Shown here: piece after piece, positions 34,015 to 43,800 of the stretch
Layout of the letters: every line of letters begins with the position of its first letter
How positions within the stretch are numbered: position 1 is the stretch's first letter
Assembly (NCBI GenBank): GCA_964550845.1
Contig: CAZKAD010000001.1
Location: forward strand, 197,750 to 259,314
Length of the DNA stretch: 61,565 bases
From: an uncultured Gammaproteobacteria bacterium
GTDB lineage: Bacteria > Patescibacteriota > Patescibacteriia > Magasanikbacterales > UBA922
Reading direction: 5' to 3'
The notes under the pieces: generated by a model
The model's input: the letters and a program-made list of their open reading frames with translations, nothing else
Told to the model about the DNA's origin: nothing
The model's database searches: none
Translations under genes and position numbers: made by a program

Positions 34015-35982
34015 ATGTCGAGAATTGTGCTTGCCGGGTCTCGAATTGTACCATTCGCAGAGATTTTGAATACACAAATCCCAATTTTCGCTTTGTTCGG
34101 TCCGTCAGGAGCAATCGGAGTTGGTAGTCCAGGTGCAACTGGACCTGCAGGAACAACTGGTCCAACTGGACCTACCGGAGGAGTAGGCCCAACAGGGCCG
34201 ACTGGGCCCGTTGGTTCTGCTGCAACAACCGGTCCAACTGGAGCGACAGGACCAACCGGGCCAACCGGAGGAGTAGGACCAACTGGAGCGACAGGACCAA
34301 CTGGAATTCAAGGAAATACAGGTCCTACCGGGCCGGCAGGAACAAACGTTACTGGTCCAACTGGTCCAACTGGTCCAACGGGCCCCGCTGGATCGGCTTC
34401 AAACACAGGAGCGACCGGTCCAACTGGACCTGCAGGCCCAACTGGGCCAACTGGACCTCAATCGTCAATGACCGGTGCACAAGGCCCAACTGGAGTGTCG
34501 TCAACAACTGTCAAACAATATCGAACTTTAGATGACTTAAACACTGGAGATTTTGTTTCACTCTTCTTTACAGGGACTGAAGCAAAAGCTAGAAATTTTA
34601 ATTATCGAGAGAAATTTTTATCTTCAGGTGGTTCGACTTTATTTTCTGCTGGAAGTTTAATTACTCGACAAGTAATTTTACCATTAAGTGGACCAAGAGC
34701 AATTAGTTTCGGAGCTTCGAATGATACAATGGCTGCTCAACATAATGCAATTCTCGGAGATTTTGATTTGTCTCAATTTGCTCCGACTGCCTCACCATTT
34801 ACGATCGCACAGGAAAATACTGGCTTGATTGGTGCTGTTCATGATAATACCGGAAGTGTTCTTTTAATGTATCGGTCAGCTGGATTTTATATCTTCGAAG
34901 GAGTTACACTCAGTAATACCGGCTTTGTTTTGTATTGGGGTAATCTTGGTTTCCATTCAACTGCAGCTGGAATTACTGAATCAACCATTGCATCATCTTC
35001 ACGTCCAGATGCCTATTATGTATTGACCAACTCAATTGTCCAACCTTTTCTCGATCTAGTGCAATATACAGGTGGAACCGCACCAGCGGCTTCTCGGTTA
35101 TCAACTGGATTTACAGTTGGATCTGCAAGTGGAACATGCTTCCTTCGAAAAATTTATTCGGCAAGTACAGGATCGGGTGAAACAATTGATTATTTGACCT
35201 CAATTCATACAATCACCGGATTTACTGGAGCTGAAGTGAAATATTTTTCTGTCAATCCTTATTCTTCAGTTTATACTGAAATCGGAACCACTAGAGTTAA
35301 TCTACTCAACGGAATTCACCTCTGGCAAGCTGAAAATATTTTCAACAAAGATAATTATTCATATTTTCTTATTCCAGGAGGAACAAGTGGAGATATTTTA
35401 ACTGTCAATCATACAGGTGGAACTGCTTCAGTTTCGGCGAATGTGAATTTCGAAGATTTTCTTGGCTCTTACACTACTTCAACTTTAAAAACTCTTCTCC
35501 ATCGAGGTCGAAATAGTAAAAAATTTTTGATGGCTGCAGCCTCAACTGCAGGAGGATTAATCGCTCGAGAGTTTGGATTTAACATCGATTCAATTACAGG
35601 AACGTCTCCCCTCTTACATCTCACTCCATACATCGATACTCAATCATTTACCGTAAACAATCCTCAGATTTACGCTGCTCACTCCGGATATGCGTTGCTT
35701 GGTTCTTACAAAGAAACTGATACGTTAGAAGCGGGAATTAATTTGGTTTATGATTATCAAGGTTCGGCTACAACTGGATCTAATTTTTATGGAGTTGCAC
35801 GACAAGCAATTCTCCGAGAAGAAACGGGTCCAATTGCTTTGCACGGGGCGGTTGTAGGAGGTTACACAGGATTATCGCAACTATATTATTACATTTCTCC
35901 AACTGGAAGTTTAACTGAACATACGGGAACTTTTCGAGTGGGAAGAGCGGTATCACCAAATGACATTCAAATAAGGTATTAA
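34015..35982 (+). CDS. large collagen-like repeat protein
   Basis: 655 aa with ~125 aa of [14 protein letters not shown] triplets and then a beta-rich domain. Paralog of 31930..33966. Confidence 0.85.
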   Translation: MSRIVLAGSRIVPFAEILNTQIPIFALFGPSGAIGVGSPGATGPAGTTGPTGPTGGVGPTGPTGPVGSAATTGPTGATGPTGPTGGVGPTGATGPTGIQGNTGPTGPAGTNVTGPTGPTGPTGPAGSASNTGATGPTGPAGPTGPTGPQSSMTGAQGPTGVSSTTVKQYRTLDDLNTGDFVSLFFTGTEAKARNFNYREKFLSSGGSTLFSAGSLITRQVILPLSGPRAISFGASNDTMAAQHNAILGDFDLSQFAPTASPFTIAQENTGLIGAVHDNTGSVLLMYRSAGFYIFEGVTLSNTGFVLYWGNLGFHSTAAGITESTIASSSRPDAYYVLTNSIVQPFLDLVQYTGGTAPAASRLSTGFTVGSASGTCFLRKIYSASTGSGETIDYLTSIHTITGFTGAEVKYFSVNPYSSVYTEIGTTRVNLLNGIHLWQAENIFNKDNYSYFLIPGGTSGDILTVNHTGGTASVSANVNFEDFLGSYTTSTLKTLLHRGRNSKKFLMAAASTAGGLIAREFGFNIDSITGTSPLLHLTPYIDTQSFTVNNPQIYAAHSGYALLGSYKETDTLEAGINLVYDYQGSATTGSNFYGVARQAILREETGPIALHGAVVGGYTGLSQLYYYISPTGSLTEHTGTFRVGRAVSPNDIQIRY

Positions 35983-36036
35983 TCTTTTCAAATTTGATTG
36001 AATGGGTTTTGATTTCGTTAAAGATTAAAAGATTAA

Positions 36037-36063
36037 TTAAATCTTCCGAAGGACTGGTTAAAC
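36037..36063 (+). repeat. GTTAAAC-hairpin element
   Basis: ttaaatcttccgaaggactggttaaac, upstream of the patatin gene. Confidence 0.7.
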
Positions 36064-36090
36064 AATCGTTCGAGTTTCAAAAGGAAAGAA

Positions 36091-36987
36091 ATGTCCTTCC
36101 TTTCAACAGTGCCGCAGAAAGAATTTCCTCTCGATCAAACAAATACTTTGGTCATTTCTGGCGGAGGAATCAAAGGTATTTCTGCATTAGGAGCCTTGTT
36201 TTACTTTGAGAAAACGTATGACATGAAGATTAGTTCATATGCTGGAACTTCAATCGGTTCAATCATTTGTACCTTATTAGCAATTGGATATAAGGCAATT
36301 GAAATTAAATATTACATTGAAAAGCAAAAATTTTTCAATGACATTCAAAAGCTTCAACTACACAAACTTCTCAATGGTCAAGGCATTCTTCCTTGGCAAA
36401 TCATTAGTCATCATCTCGAAAAGATGATTCGAGATAAAGTTGGCTATATTCCCACTTTTCGAGACATTAAAAATCGATTTGGTAATCATCTCACTATTGT
36501 AGCTTTTAACGTGACTGACCGTCGTCCTGAGTTTTTTAATGTTGATACTCATCCAAATCTTTCGGTGATTGAAGCAATTCGAATGAGCGCAAATGTCCCT
36601 CTGTTATTTGATCGTTGTCGATACAATGGAAAGGAATATCTTGATGGAGGTTTAATTTGTAATTATCCAATTGAATATTATCATGAAGCACATCATAAAA
36701 TTCTCGGCATTAATCTCGGAGGAGAAAATATGGTTTTCGGAGATGAAAATTATATCCAATTTCTGCTTGCAATTCTCTCGATGCCATACAATTACCATAA
36801 TCCACACAAAATTAAGGGATGTATTCAAGACCTGAATATTCCTTCAACCGCGTCGGCATTTAATTTTAATTTGTCTGAACATCAGCGAAAAGAAATGTTT
36901 AATATTGGTTTTCAACTGGCCAAAACTAAATTTCCCCAACCTGAACCAGTTAGAAAAATGCCATTGAGGAAGAGCGCCTCATTTTAA
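36091..36987 (+). CDS. patatin-like phospholipase
   Basis: 298 aa with the oxyanion motif ISGGGIKG, the nucleophile elbow GTSIGS (GxSxG), and the catalytic Asp in DGGLICNYP. Confidence 0.9.
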   Translation: MSFLSTVPQKEFPLDQTNTLVISGGGIKGISALGALFYFEKTYDMKISSYAGTSIGSIICTLLAIGYKAIEIKYYIEKQKFFNDIQKLQLHKLLNGQGILPWQIISHHLEKMIRDKVGYIPTFRDIKNRFGNHLTIVAFNVTDRRPEFFNVDTHPNLSVIEAIRMSANVPLLFDRCRYNGKEYLDGGLICNYPIEYYHEAHHKILGINLGGENMVFGDENYIQFLLAILSMPYNYHNPHKIKGCIQDLNIPSTASAFNFNLSEHQRKEMFNIGFQLAKTKFPQPEPVRKMPLRKSASF

Positions 36988-37011
36988 CCAGTCTCCGTAA
37001 AGACGTTTAAA
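36984..37011 (-). repeat. GTTAAAC-hairpin element
   Basis: ttaaccagtctccgtaaagacgtttaaa, containing the patatin stop codon 36985..36987. Confidence 0.75.
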
Positions 37012-37046
37012 ATATAAAGTTACTGTTCCCCAAAGGGAAAAGTAAA

Positions 37047-37979
37047 TTAAATTTCGTACAGACAATCCCGACATCTCACAAAATTTTTGATTTTATTAAT
37101 TACATTGAAAGTTGTATAATCTTCATTCTCGTCTTCACTTTTAAGAAAGCTAGTAATCAAATTGAACACACGAGGATCATACAAATCTTTTGACAAAAAG
37201 AATGGCCAATAAGTTTCACTTTCTTTTTCAGGATGTTCCACGATGAACAATCCAACCTCAATCAAGGTGGCCAATTTATCTTCATGTGAATAAGGTAGAA
37301 AAATTCGTGGAACATCGAGACAAGTTTTCTTGTCTTGTTTCATCGCTTCCCGAATGGCAAGTCCTTCTATCATTTTATCAAGTTCAAGTATTCCTCCACC
37401 ATAACATATCCAAATTTTTAACTGTTGTATTGGCATTGAAACAAGTCCATCAATAGCAGTATCAATTAAATCGAATTCATCTTGGAATCTCTTATTGTTT
37501 GGTAAAAATTTACATCCAATCATACAAACATTATTCAAATGATAACCCAAATAATCATATTCGGCAAACAAAATCGAAGTGATTTGAGTTCTTTTCCCAG
37601 AATAAACGCGAACAGGTAATCGATTGAGAAATTCGAATAATACCGAGTACGAACAATATGGAAGGAAAATTGCTACCGAATGAAAACTAACTAAATTTTT
37701 TCTTTCTTTTGCCCGACGTTCAATCGGTTTCTTAGTTTTAGCAGCATTCTCAAAGGGATCTTTTTTATGCGTATCTGCAAATGCGACCAAGTCAAGCGAG
37801 GCGTCAAGGTCAAGGTTGAGTTTAAACCAATTCCAGCTGTAACTGTATTGGAATCTTGATAATCCAATAGTAATGCCAAGAGTTGATTTTTTCAGCATCA
37901 TCTGTTCAAGACGAGTTAAAAAAGGAATTAAATCTCGGTCGTCTGCCCGACAAAGATATCCAGTTCTCTGCTCGAACAT
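37047..37979 (-). CDS. LYDPRLL-motif family protein, subtype A
   Basis: 310 aa. N-terminus MFEQRTGYLCRADDRDLIPFL is paralogous to 39056..39931. C-terminal FLSKDLYDPRVFNLITSFLK. AAAATTGA on the gene strand at 38041..38048. Confidence 0.8.
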   Translation of the reverse strand: MFEQRTGYLCRADDRDLIPFLTRLEQMMLKKSTLGITIGLSRFQYSYSWNWFKLNLDLDASLDLVAFADTHKKDPFENAAKTKKPIERRAKERKNLVSFHSVAIFLPYCSYSVLFEFLNRLPVRVYSGKRTQITSILFAEYDYLGYHLNNVCMIGCKFLPNNKRFQDEFDLIDTAIDGLVSMPIQQLKIWICYGGGILELDKMIEGLAIREAMKQDKKTCLDVPRIFLPYSHEDKLATLIEVGLFIVEHPEKESETYWPFFLSKDLYDPRVFNLITSFLKSEDENEDYTTFNVINKIKNFVRCRDCLYEI

Positions 37980-38040
37980 ATTTGTTAGAGTAAATTAATA
38001 TTGAATATTGAATATTTTTAGTGAAGAGTGAATATTAATT

Positions 38041-38048
38041 TCAATTTT
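38041..38048 (-). promoter_or_regulatory. AAAATTGA octamer
   Basis: 62 nt upstream of ATG 37979. Confidence 0.6.
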
Positions 38049-38081
38049 GATTTTTCATTCTGTCTAAAGTTTATCAGGAAG

Positions 38082-38984
38082 TTAGTACATCAAAGCATTA
38101 TTCGTCGATCCGACTATTCTTGTAATATGAATTGCATTCATCATTTCCGCTACCTTCTGGAATAAATCAAAGTATTTGGAATCATCTGCGAATTGAGCTA
38201 TCAGACAAAGCAATCTTGGATCATACACTTCTCGGGTTAGAAAAAAGTTGAACACTCCTTTTGATTGAGATAAACCATTTACAACCAAGTTATCAAAAAT
38301 TGGCATCCAAATAAAAGCTCGACGGGGAGAAAAATTATCTCGGAATATTCTTGGGCATTCAACTCGATATTCGGCTTCTAAATCGTGAAAGATGCGTAAG
38401 ATAGCCGGAAAGAAATCATCCATTAGCATCGTGTACAACGAAATATTTGTTTTTGGAAGGACTTGAACAAAAGCACGATAATTGTCAGCAAATTTTTGAA
38501 CGAGAAACTCTCTCCGGGATGAATTTTGATCAAAGAAATAGTTAGCATACGATCTTGTATCCGAATAATTAGCAAGTCGAGCTTTTTGTTCGAGCTCTTC
38601 ATGATCAATACGATTATAGAATAATGCTTCAAATTTAAATGGAACTTGAGGAAGAAATGGAATAAAATCATTCTCAAAATTAATCTCGATGTTATATTGA
38701 TTTAATATCTCGCAAATTTCATCTGGAAAGAAATCAGATATTTTTTCTTTCCCATAGGTATTGAGAATAATTGATATTTGTTTTTGATTTACCAAATCAA
38801 CAGAATCTGGTGAAGTTTTACTTAATTTTGTGATTGAGACATAAATACATTTCCGTTGATTTTTTTGAAATGGATCATTTAAGATCCGAAATATTGGAGG
38901 TTTTCGTCTGCCCTTAACAGCATCTTTCCATTTATGATATAAATCATTCATTGTCGATTTAATCTCCTTCGACCTGATCATCAT
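38082..38984 (-). CDS. LYDPRLL-motif family protein, subtype B
   Basis: 300 aa. IPFLPQVPFKFEALFYNRIDHEEL is paralogous to 40042..40872. C-terminal FLTREVYDPRLLCLIAQFADDS. Confidence 0.8.
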   Translation of the reverse strand: MMIRSKEIKSTMNDLYHKWKDAVKGRRKPPIFRILNDPFQKNQRKCIYVSITKLSKTSPDSVDLVNQKQISIILNTYGKEKISDFFPDEICEILNQYNIEINFENDFIPFLPQVPFKFEALFYNRIDHEELEQKARLANYSDTRSYANYFFDQNSSRREFLVQKFADNYRAFVQVLPKTNISLYTMLMDDFFPAILRIFHDLEAEYRVECPRIFRDNFSPRRAFIWMPIFDNLVVNGLSQSKGVFNFFLTREVYDPRLLCLIAQFADDSKYFDLFQKVAEMMNAIHITRIVGSTNNALMY

Positions 38985-39055
38985 TGTTTGTGAGATTATC
39001 TGTTTTTGTAAGACGTTTAAATTGAATCAAGATTCAATTTATTGTGCGGAAATAT

Positions 39056-39931
39056 TTATCTTGTAAATTGATTGATTAGTATCAATAATCGAGGATCGTA
39101 CAAATCTTGAAGAAAAAAGGATTGTAATAATGATTCGGTATCAGAGAGACCAAGAATGATCAATCGATGAAACTTATTTTCGAGTAGACAATTGTCTTTG
39201 TATGGAAAAACTCTCTGAACATCTAAACAAGTCTTTTTCTTCTCTTGAATAACATCTTGAATAACATCTCGAATAGCAGTATCTTCGACCAACAAAAATG
39301 TTTCCTCTGACTCTGTGTATGAATTACCATCGTGAATCCATAATTGGAGATGTCGAACTGGAATTGAAAGTATCCCTTTGAGAAGAACCCGAACGAATTG
39401 TTTAAGAGGTCTTTCGGGATATTTAACCAGTCCTTCGGGACGTTTAACAAGACCTTGAGGATATATTTTAAATCGAAATATAGTAGTATTGTTTATGTGA
39501 TGTCCTGTATAAGGATATTCGGCGATGAGAATTGATGAAATTTTACTTTTGTTTCCTGAATAAACACGAGTTGGAAACTGATTAATAAAGTCAATAACCA
39601 TTGTGTGTTTTTCTTTTGGAATCATCAGATCGACACAATGAAACATAATTAAATTTGAATGATATTCACCTTGGTATCCAATATTCTTTGATTCCGAATG
39701 ACCATAGTAAACAAACTTTCTTTGTTCTCGTTCAAATTGTTCCAAATCTAACGATTCGTTAAGATCGAGATTTAATAAACACCATTCCCAGTGATAAGAG
39801 TATTCTTCATTATCATCAAGATAAATACCAAGCGTGGCTTTGTCCACCATCATATCTTTAAGATAATTTAAGAAAGAAAATAAATCTCTGTCATCAGACC
39901 GAGAACATAATCCCGATCTATCCGAAAACAT
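39056..39931 (-). CDS. LYDPRLL-motif family protein, subtype A, with a 3-unit in-frame repeat insert
   Basis: 291 aa with N-terminus MFSDRSGLCSRSDDRDLFSFL and C-terminal end FFLQDLYDPRLLILINQFTR. YPQGLVKRPEGLVKYPERPLKQ is encoded by 39400..39472. Confidence 0.8.
   Translation of the reverse strand: MFSDRSGLCSRSDDRDLFSFLNYLKDMMVDKATLGIYLDDNEEYSYHWEWCLLNLDLNESLDLEQFEREQRKFVYYGHSESKNIGYQGEYHSNLIMFHCVDLMIPKEKHTMVIDFINQFPTRVYSGNKSKISSILIAEYPYTGHHINNTTIFRFKIYPQGLVKRPEGLVKYPERPLKQFVRVLLKGILSIPVRHLQLWIHDGNSYTESEETFLLVEDTAIRDVIQDVIQEKKKTCLDVQRVFPYKDNCLLENKFHRLIILGLSDTESLLQSFFLQDLYDPRLLILINQFTR
39400..39472 (-). repeat. GTTAAAC-hairpin element, 3 tandem units inside a CDS
   Basis: The plus strand reads tttaagaggtctttcgggata tttaaccagtccttcgggacg tttaacaagaccttgaggatat. 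On the gene strand it is read as YPQGLVKRPEGLVKYPERPLKQ. Confidence 0.85.
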
Positions 39932-39945
39932 TTTCGGTGTGATTT

Positions 39946-40046
39946 TGGACGTTTAACCACTTCAGAGAGTCCTGGGACGTTTAAAATCAATTTATTTAAT
40001 CAGTCTCGAAGAAAAGTTTAATCAGTCCTTTGGACGTTTAATCAAA
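39946..40046 (-). repeat. GTTAAAC-hairpin element, array of 3-4 divergent units
   Basis: ttggacgtttaaccacttcagagagtcctgggacgtttaaaatc...tttaatcagtctcgaagaaaagtttaatcagtcctttggacgtttaatc. Confidence 0.8.
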
Positions 40047-40872
40047 TTTCATTGGTGTCAATTTCTAATATCGATCGAGCAAGTCGAGACTCCCAAGATT
40101 GCCCCGTTTCATCTCTAAACTCATTGATCAGACAAAGCAATCTTGGATCATATAAATCTTGAGTAAGAAATTGGAACAACGGACCCGATGAGTAAATCGA
40201 TATACTATTCACTACAAGATTGTCCAGCTTAACTAAAGATTCATTTGATTCAAATTCCTCAGATACTTGAAATGTCCTTTTAACTTCACAATTTTCTTCA
40301 ACCTGATGAAAAGCTTTTAAAATTTCAACCGGAAAACTTCGAACAATCACAATATAAGAAGAAATTTTTGATCTTGACAGCGCCTTAAGAAAAATGTGGT
40401 AATTATGTGAGAGTTCTTCGACGAGAAACTTTCGTCTTTCTTGATCTTCATCAAAAAAGTAATTTGTAAAAGAAGAGATAAAGAAATGATCATATAATGT
40501 CTGACATTTTTGTCTTAATTTTTTATCATCAATTTGATTGTAAAAAACTGCTTTGAATGCAAAAGGTATCTGAGGAATAAGATGAACTGAATTCATAATG
40601 AAAGAAATTGAGACATCACAACGCGATATTTTCTCGATTATCTTTTTTGGAAACAATTTATCAAAAGTTTCATTTGTTTGAGGTTCGAGAGAAATGGTGA
40701 TGGAATCTGGGCAAATAACTACATTATTGTACCGCATTGCACTTCTCCCGTGGGTATGAATGAATACTTTTTTCTTTCCTTCGAGAGAGAAAGATTTTTT
40801 CCAATCATCAAAGTGCTGAATTGTTACTGACGAGTGCATCTTTATTAATTGATCAGATAAAAAGAAGATCAT
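40042..40872 (-). CDS. LYDPRLL-motif family protein, subtype B
   Basis: 276 aa with LIPQIPFAFKAVFYNQIDDKKL and C-terminal FLTQDLYDPRLLCLINEFRDET. Confidence 0.8.
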   Translation of the reverse strand: MIFFLSDQLIKMHSSVTIQHFDDWKKSFSLEGKKKVFIHTHGRSAMRYNNVVICPDSITISLEPQTNETFDKLFPKKIIEKISRCDVSISFIMNSVHLIPQIPFAFKAVFYNQIDDKKLRQKCQTLYDHFFISSFTNYFFDEDQERRKFLVEELSHNYHIFLKALSRSKISSYIVIVRSFPVEILKAFHQVEENCEVKRTFQVSEEFESNESLVKLDNLVVNSISIYSSGPLFQFLTQDLYDPRLLCLINEFRDETGQSWESRLARSILEIDTNEI

Positions 40873-41193
40873 TTTATTTTTGTTTCTTAGTTACAAATGT
40901 ATTGATGTATTCGTTACAAATCTTTGTTCAAGATCACGAACGAAGGTAAAAATAAGAACAAAAATTGTTCTTTCATTAAGCTCATCATCTCATCAAAGTG
41001 TTGATAAACGCCTTAGACTAATGGTTAAACAACGTCGAGAAATGTTGATTTTTTGGAAATTTTGATTCAACTTCAACTAATTGGATTGAATTCAATCAAT
41101 TCAACTAATTCAATCAATTCAATTTCAAAACTTTTTCATTTCCGATTTCGAATTTATAGACTTTTGAATTCGACTTCTTCGAATTCAATTCAT

Positions 41194-42087
41194 TCAATTT
41201 AATCCATTCCATTTGCTCTTCAATTGTTCGGCATTTTCATCGAAAGTTAATCGCCGTTCGAATGAAAGTAATCGACTCTCAAAAGAAAGTATTCGTTGCT
41301 CAAATTTTTGTATCGCCGTGGAGGATTTCCCGTGACTCGAAAAATATTCACCGACAAGCAAATGAATAAAAGCTTGAAGAAAAGGCTCAACTTTTTGATA
41401 TTCTTTTTGGTCACGAGCCCACTTTTCGAACAAAAGATTCATTTTACCTTCTAAGGTAAAGTTATTGTACAATAAATTCATATAACTATTTAAATGTTGG
41501 CGAAAAAAGTCGAAAGATAACTTATCTTTCAACACTTGTTCTGGAATAATCAAGTTGATTTCTGAAGTAACGAGAAAACTTGCAGGAAAGAACTGTTGCA
41601 GTCGATCAACTTCTCGATCGACAAATTTTCGAAGCTCTTGTTCAGAAGTCTTATTTCTTTCACCAATTGCAGTAATCAAAGCTTCACTTTGTTTTATACG
41701 AATATTAATTGTATATGAAATTCGTTCCAGATTTTGATTACTGAAATCATGGCCTTGAAATCCGGGATAAAATCCGAGCAATGTGATTAAATCACTTCGA
41801 TGTTGATGAAAGAAATCCAGATGATCTTGATGGACAAAAAAGTATCTTGGAAATGTCTGCTCCTCGTCTTCTCGAATGACTTTAATGTGATATTTTGCCG
41901 CAAGCTCACGAAGTATAACAAAATCTTCGCCAAGAAATCGAGATATGCTTTTACCTTTACCAAAGAAATTGGCAGATTCAAATAGATAAATTCGAGCTTT
42001 TTGTGCAACCAAATAAATTTGAATCAGAGGATCGGCCAAGAGCGGAAACTCTTTCAACAAAGAGACAAGTTGTCTGATTCGAAACAT
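41194..42087 (-). CDS. hypothetical protein
   Basis: 297-aa ORF with a C-terminal RILSFESRLLSFERRL repeat. Hairpin 41165..41187 lies downstream. Confidence 0.7.
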   Translation of the reverse strand: MFRIRQLVSLLKEFPLLADPLIQIYLVAQKARIYLFESANFFGKGKSISRFLGEDFVILRELAAKYHIKVIREDEEQTFPRYFFVHQDHLDFFHQHRSDLITLLGFYPGFQGHDFSNQNLERISYTINIRIKQSEALITAIGERNKTSEQELRKFVDREVDRLQQFFPASFLVTSEINLIIPEQVLKDKLSFDFFRQHLNSYMNLLYNNFTLEGKMNLLFEKWARDQKEYQKVEPFLQAFIHLLVGEYFSSHGKSSTAIQKFEQRILSFESRLLSFERRLTFDENAEQLKSKWNGLN

Positions 42088-42153
42088 CTCTTTGACTCGA
42101 ATTCGAGATGTTTTGCTTTGAAAACTTTTCTTTTTTCGATTTTAAGAAAGGAA

Positions 42154-43710
42154 ATGTGGGAATGGATTATCCCGACAATTGTCGTGATTATTCTCCTTCT
42201 TTTGATTGTCCGAAAGATGAGTCCCCCAAAGATACAGACAACAGCGTTTGATCTTCCGCCTCAAGCAAGTAATTGGCAACAAGTCTTAAATGTTGATGCT
42301 CAACGTCATGCCGTTCAACAATGGTGTACTGCACAAGGGTATGATTATCGTGTTCCAACCTCAACTGGAGATTTCGGAGGATGTTTATACAATAAGAGTT
42401 CATGTTTGGCCGATTCAAATCCCCATTGGGTACATTGTACTGCAATCACTGGAACCTCAGGCGGAATTGATCATAATGGAAAACCATGTTCTCTCAATGC
42501 CAAACCTTATCTTGAATGGGATGACAATCGAGGAGTATGTGTGCAAAGTTTCTATCCACCAGCTTTAATTTCTGGAGTTTGTGAAGCTCGAGGACTTGGC
42601 CCTTGGTATCCAGGAAAATTGGATTGTGATGCAAGTGGATATTGTCAAATCAATCCAAATGATGCTCCCACTTGCCAACTTACTTCCGATTATTGCGATC
42701 GAATGGGACTTGATTATTCATCTTCAAATCAAGGAGATTGTACATTAAGTGATGCTCAAAATGTGATTGAAGGACTAATTGGAAAAACAGTCACTCGTAC
42801 AGTCAAACGAAATACCGAAGCTATGATTCGAGAATGTGGAGATAATGTGTTCAGTGGACGTTGCGCTGCCAGTATTGGCACTGAACTGACAACTTTTGAT
42901 CAAATTGCACTCAATACAGCTGAATCGGAATTCAAAGGTTATATGGAAGAGATGAAAAGTAAATGTTCTGGAGATCTTTATTCTGGAGTTGATAAATTTG
43001 CTGGCTGTGCCGAAAGTCTTTTCCCTGGTTTTTACATTGGACAACAAGCCGAGCACTTTGTCGACGGAATGTTAAATGGAGCTCTTGGCTGGATCCCAGG
43101 AATGCCTTCAGATTTAATCGCAAAAGCAAATGGATATATTGCTAAATATGGAATTATCGCATTTAATGCAATTGTGACTGTGGGGCAAGATGCGATTAAA
43201 GCTTTTGATATTGCTGGAGATATTATGTATTCAGCACTCAAGAAAATTGGTCCAGTTGGAACGATTATTTCAGGAGCGATTTCAAATGTGATTGCCTTCG
43301 GTGAGAAAATGGCCAGTATTATTGCCAATACAGCCGAAGAAGCTCTTCATATTTTTAGTAATACAATTGTTCCAGCTGCTTATCATGTGTTTGAAGCAAT
43401 TACAGACGCGGTGCTTCATCCAAAAGAATTTTTCACTAACATTGCCAATGATGTTGATCAATTCTTTAAAGATCCGGTCGGATCAATTAAAAGTGCAATC
43501 ACTGAAATTGCAAAGGTTGGAGGAGAAGTTCTTGATGCCGCCAAAATGGTGATTCATAAGCTAACCGAAGTCGCATCGAGAGTTGAAGCGGCTCTTGCCT
43601 CAGCCTTAATCGACATTGCCAATAAAATTGCCGAAGCATTTAGTACAGTTGGTCGAGATATTTCAAGTGCTTATCACGCTGTTAAGCATTTCTTCGAATC
43701 GATATTTTAA
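42154..43710 (+). CDS. membrane-anchored Cys-rich protein with an Ala/Ile-rich helical C-terminal half
   Basis: Trimmed to ATG 42154 (MWEWIIPTIVVIILLLLIV), which removes the overlap with 41194..42087. A ~200-aa segment with many Cys is followed by a long amphipathic A/I/G-rich region. Confidence 0.75.
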   Translation: MWEWIIPTIVVIILLLLIVRKMSPPKIQTTAFDLPPQASNWQQVLNVDAQRHAVQQWCTAQGYDYRVPTSTGDFGGCLYNKSSCLADSNPHWVHCTAITGTSGGIDHNGKPCSLNAKPYLEWDDNRGVCVQSFYPPALISGVCEARGLGPWYPGKLDCDASGYCQINPNDAPTCQLTSDYCDRMGLDYSSSNQGDCTLSDAQNVIEGLIGKTVTRTVKRNTEAMIRECGDNVFSGRCAASIGTELTTFDQIALNTAESEFKGYMEEMKSKCSGDLYSGVDKFAGCAESLFPGFYIGQQAEHFVDGMLNGALGWIPGMPSDLIAKANGYIAKYGIIAFNAIVTVGQDAIKAFDIAGDIMYSALKKIGPVGTIISGAISNVIAFGEKMASIIANTAEEALHIFSNTIVPAAYHVFEAITDAVLHPKEFFTNIANDVDQFFKDPVGSIKSAITEIAKVGGEVLDAAKMVIHKLTEVASRVEAALASALIDIANKIAEAFSTVGRDISSAYHAVKHFFESIF

Positions 43711-43766
43711 TTACTTCAGAGAGTCCCGAGGGATGTTTAACCAGTCTCAAAAGACGTTTAACCACG
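43707..43766 (-). repeat. GTTAAAC-hairpin element, 2 units
   Basis: ttaattacttcagagagtcccgagggatgtttaaccagtctcaaaagacgtttaaccacg, containing stop 43708..43710. Confidence 0.8.
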
Positions 43767-43771
43767 ATATT

Positions 43772-43800
43772 AAATTCATCTGTCTTGATCAGATGAATTT
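43772..43800. terminator. hairpin between convergent genes
   Basis: Arms aaattcatctg / cagatgaattt, 7-nt loop. Confidence 0.55.

Noticed and set aside
41064-41126. attcaa(t/c)-rich low-complexity stretch and 61-aa ORF 40880..41065 in the 320-nt gap between 40872 and 41194
   Set aside because: The ORF has no support (it starts in the promoter region of the 40042..40872 gene and its product is low complexity). The stretch looks like simple-sequence slippage. No RNA gene features were recognised.
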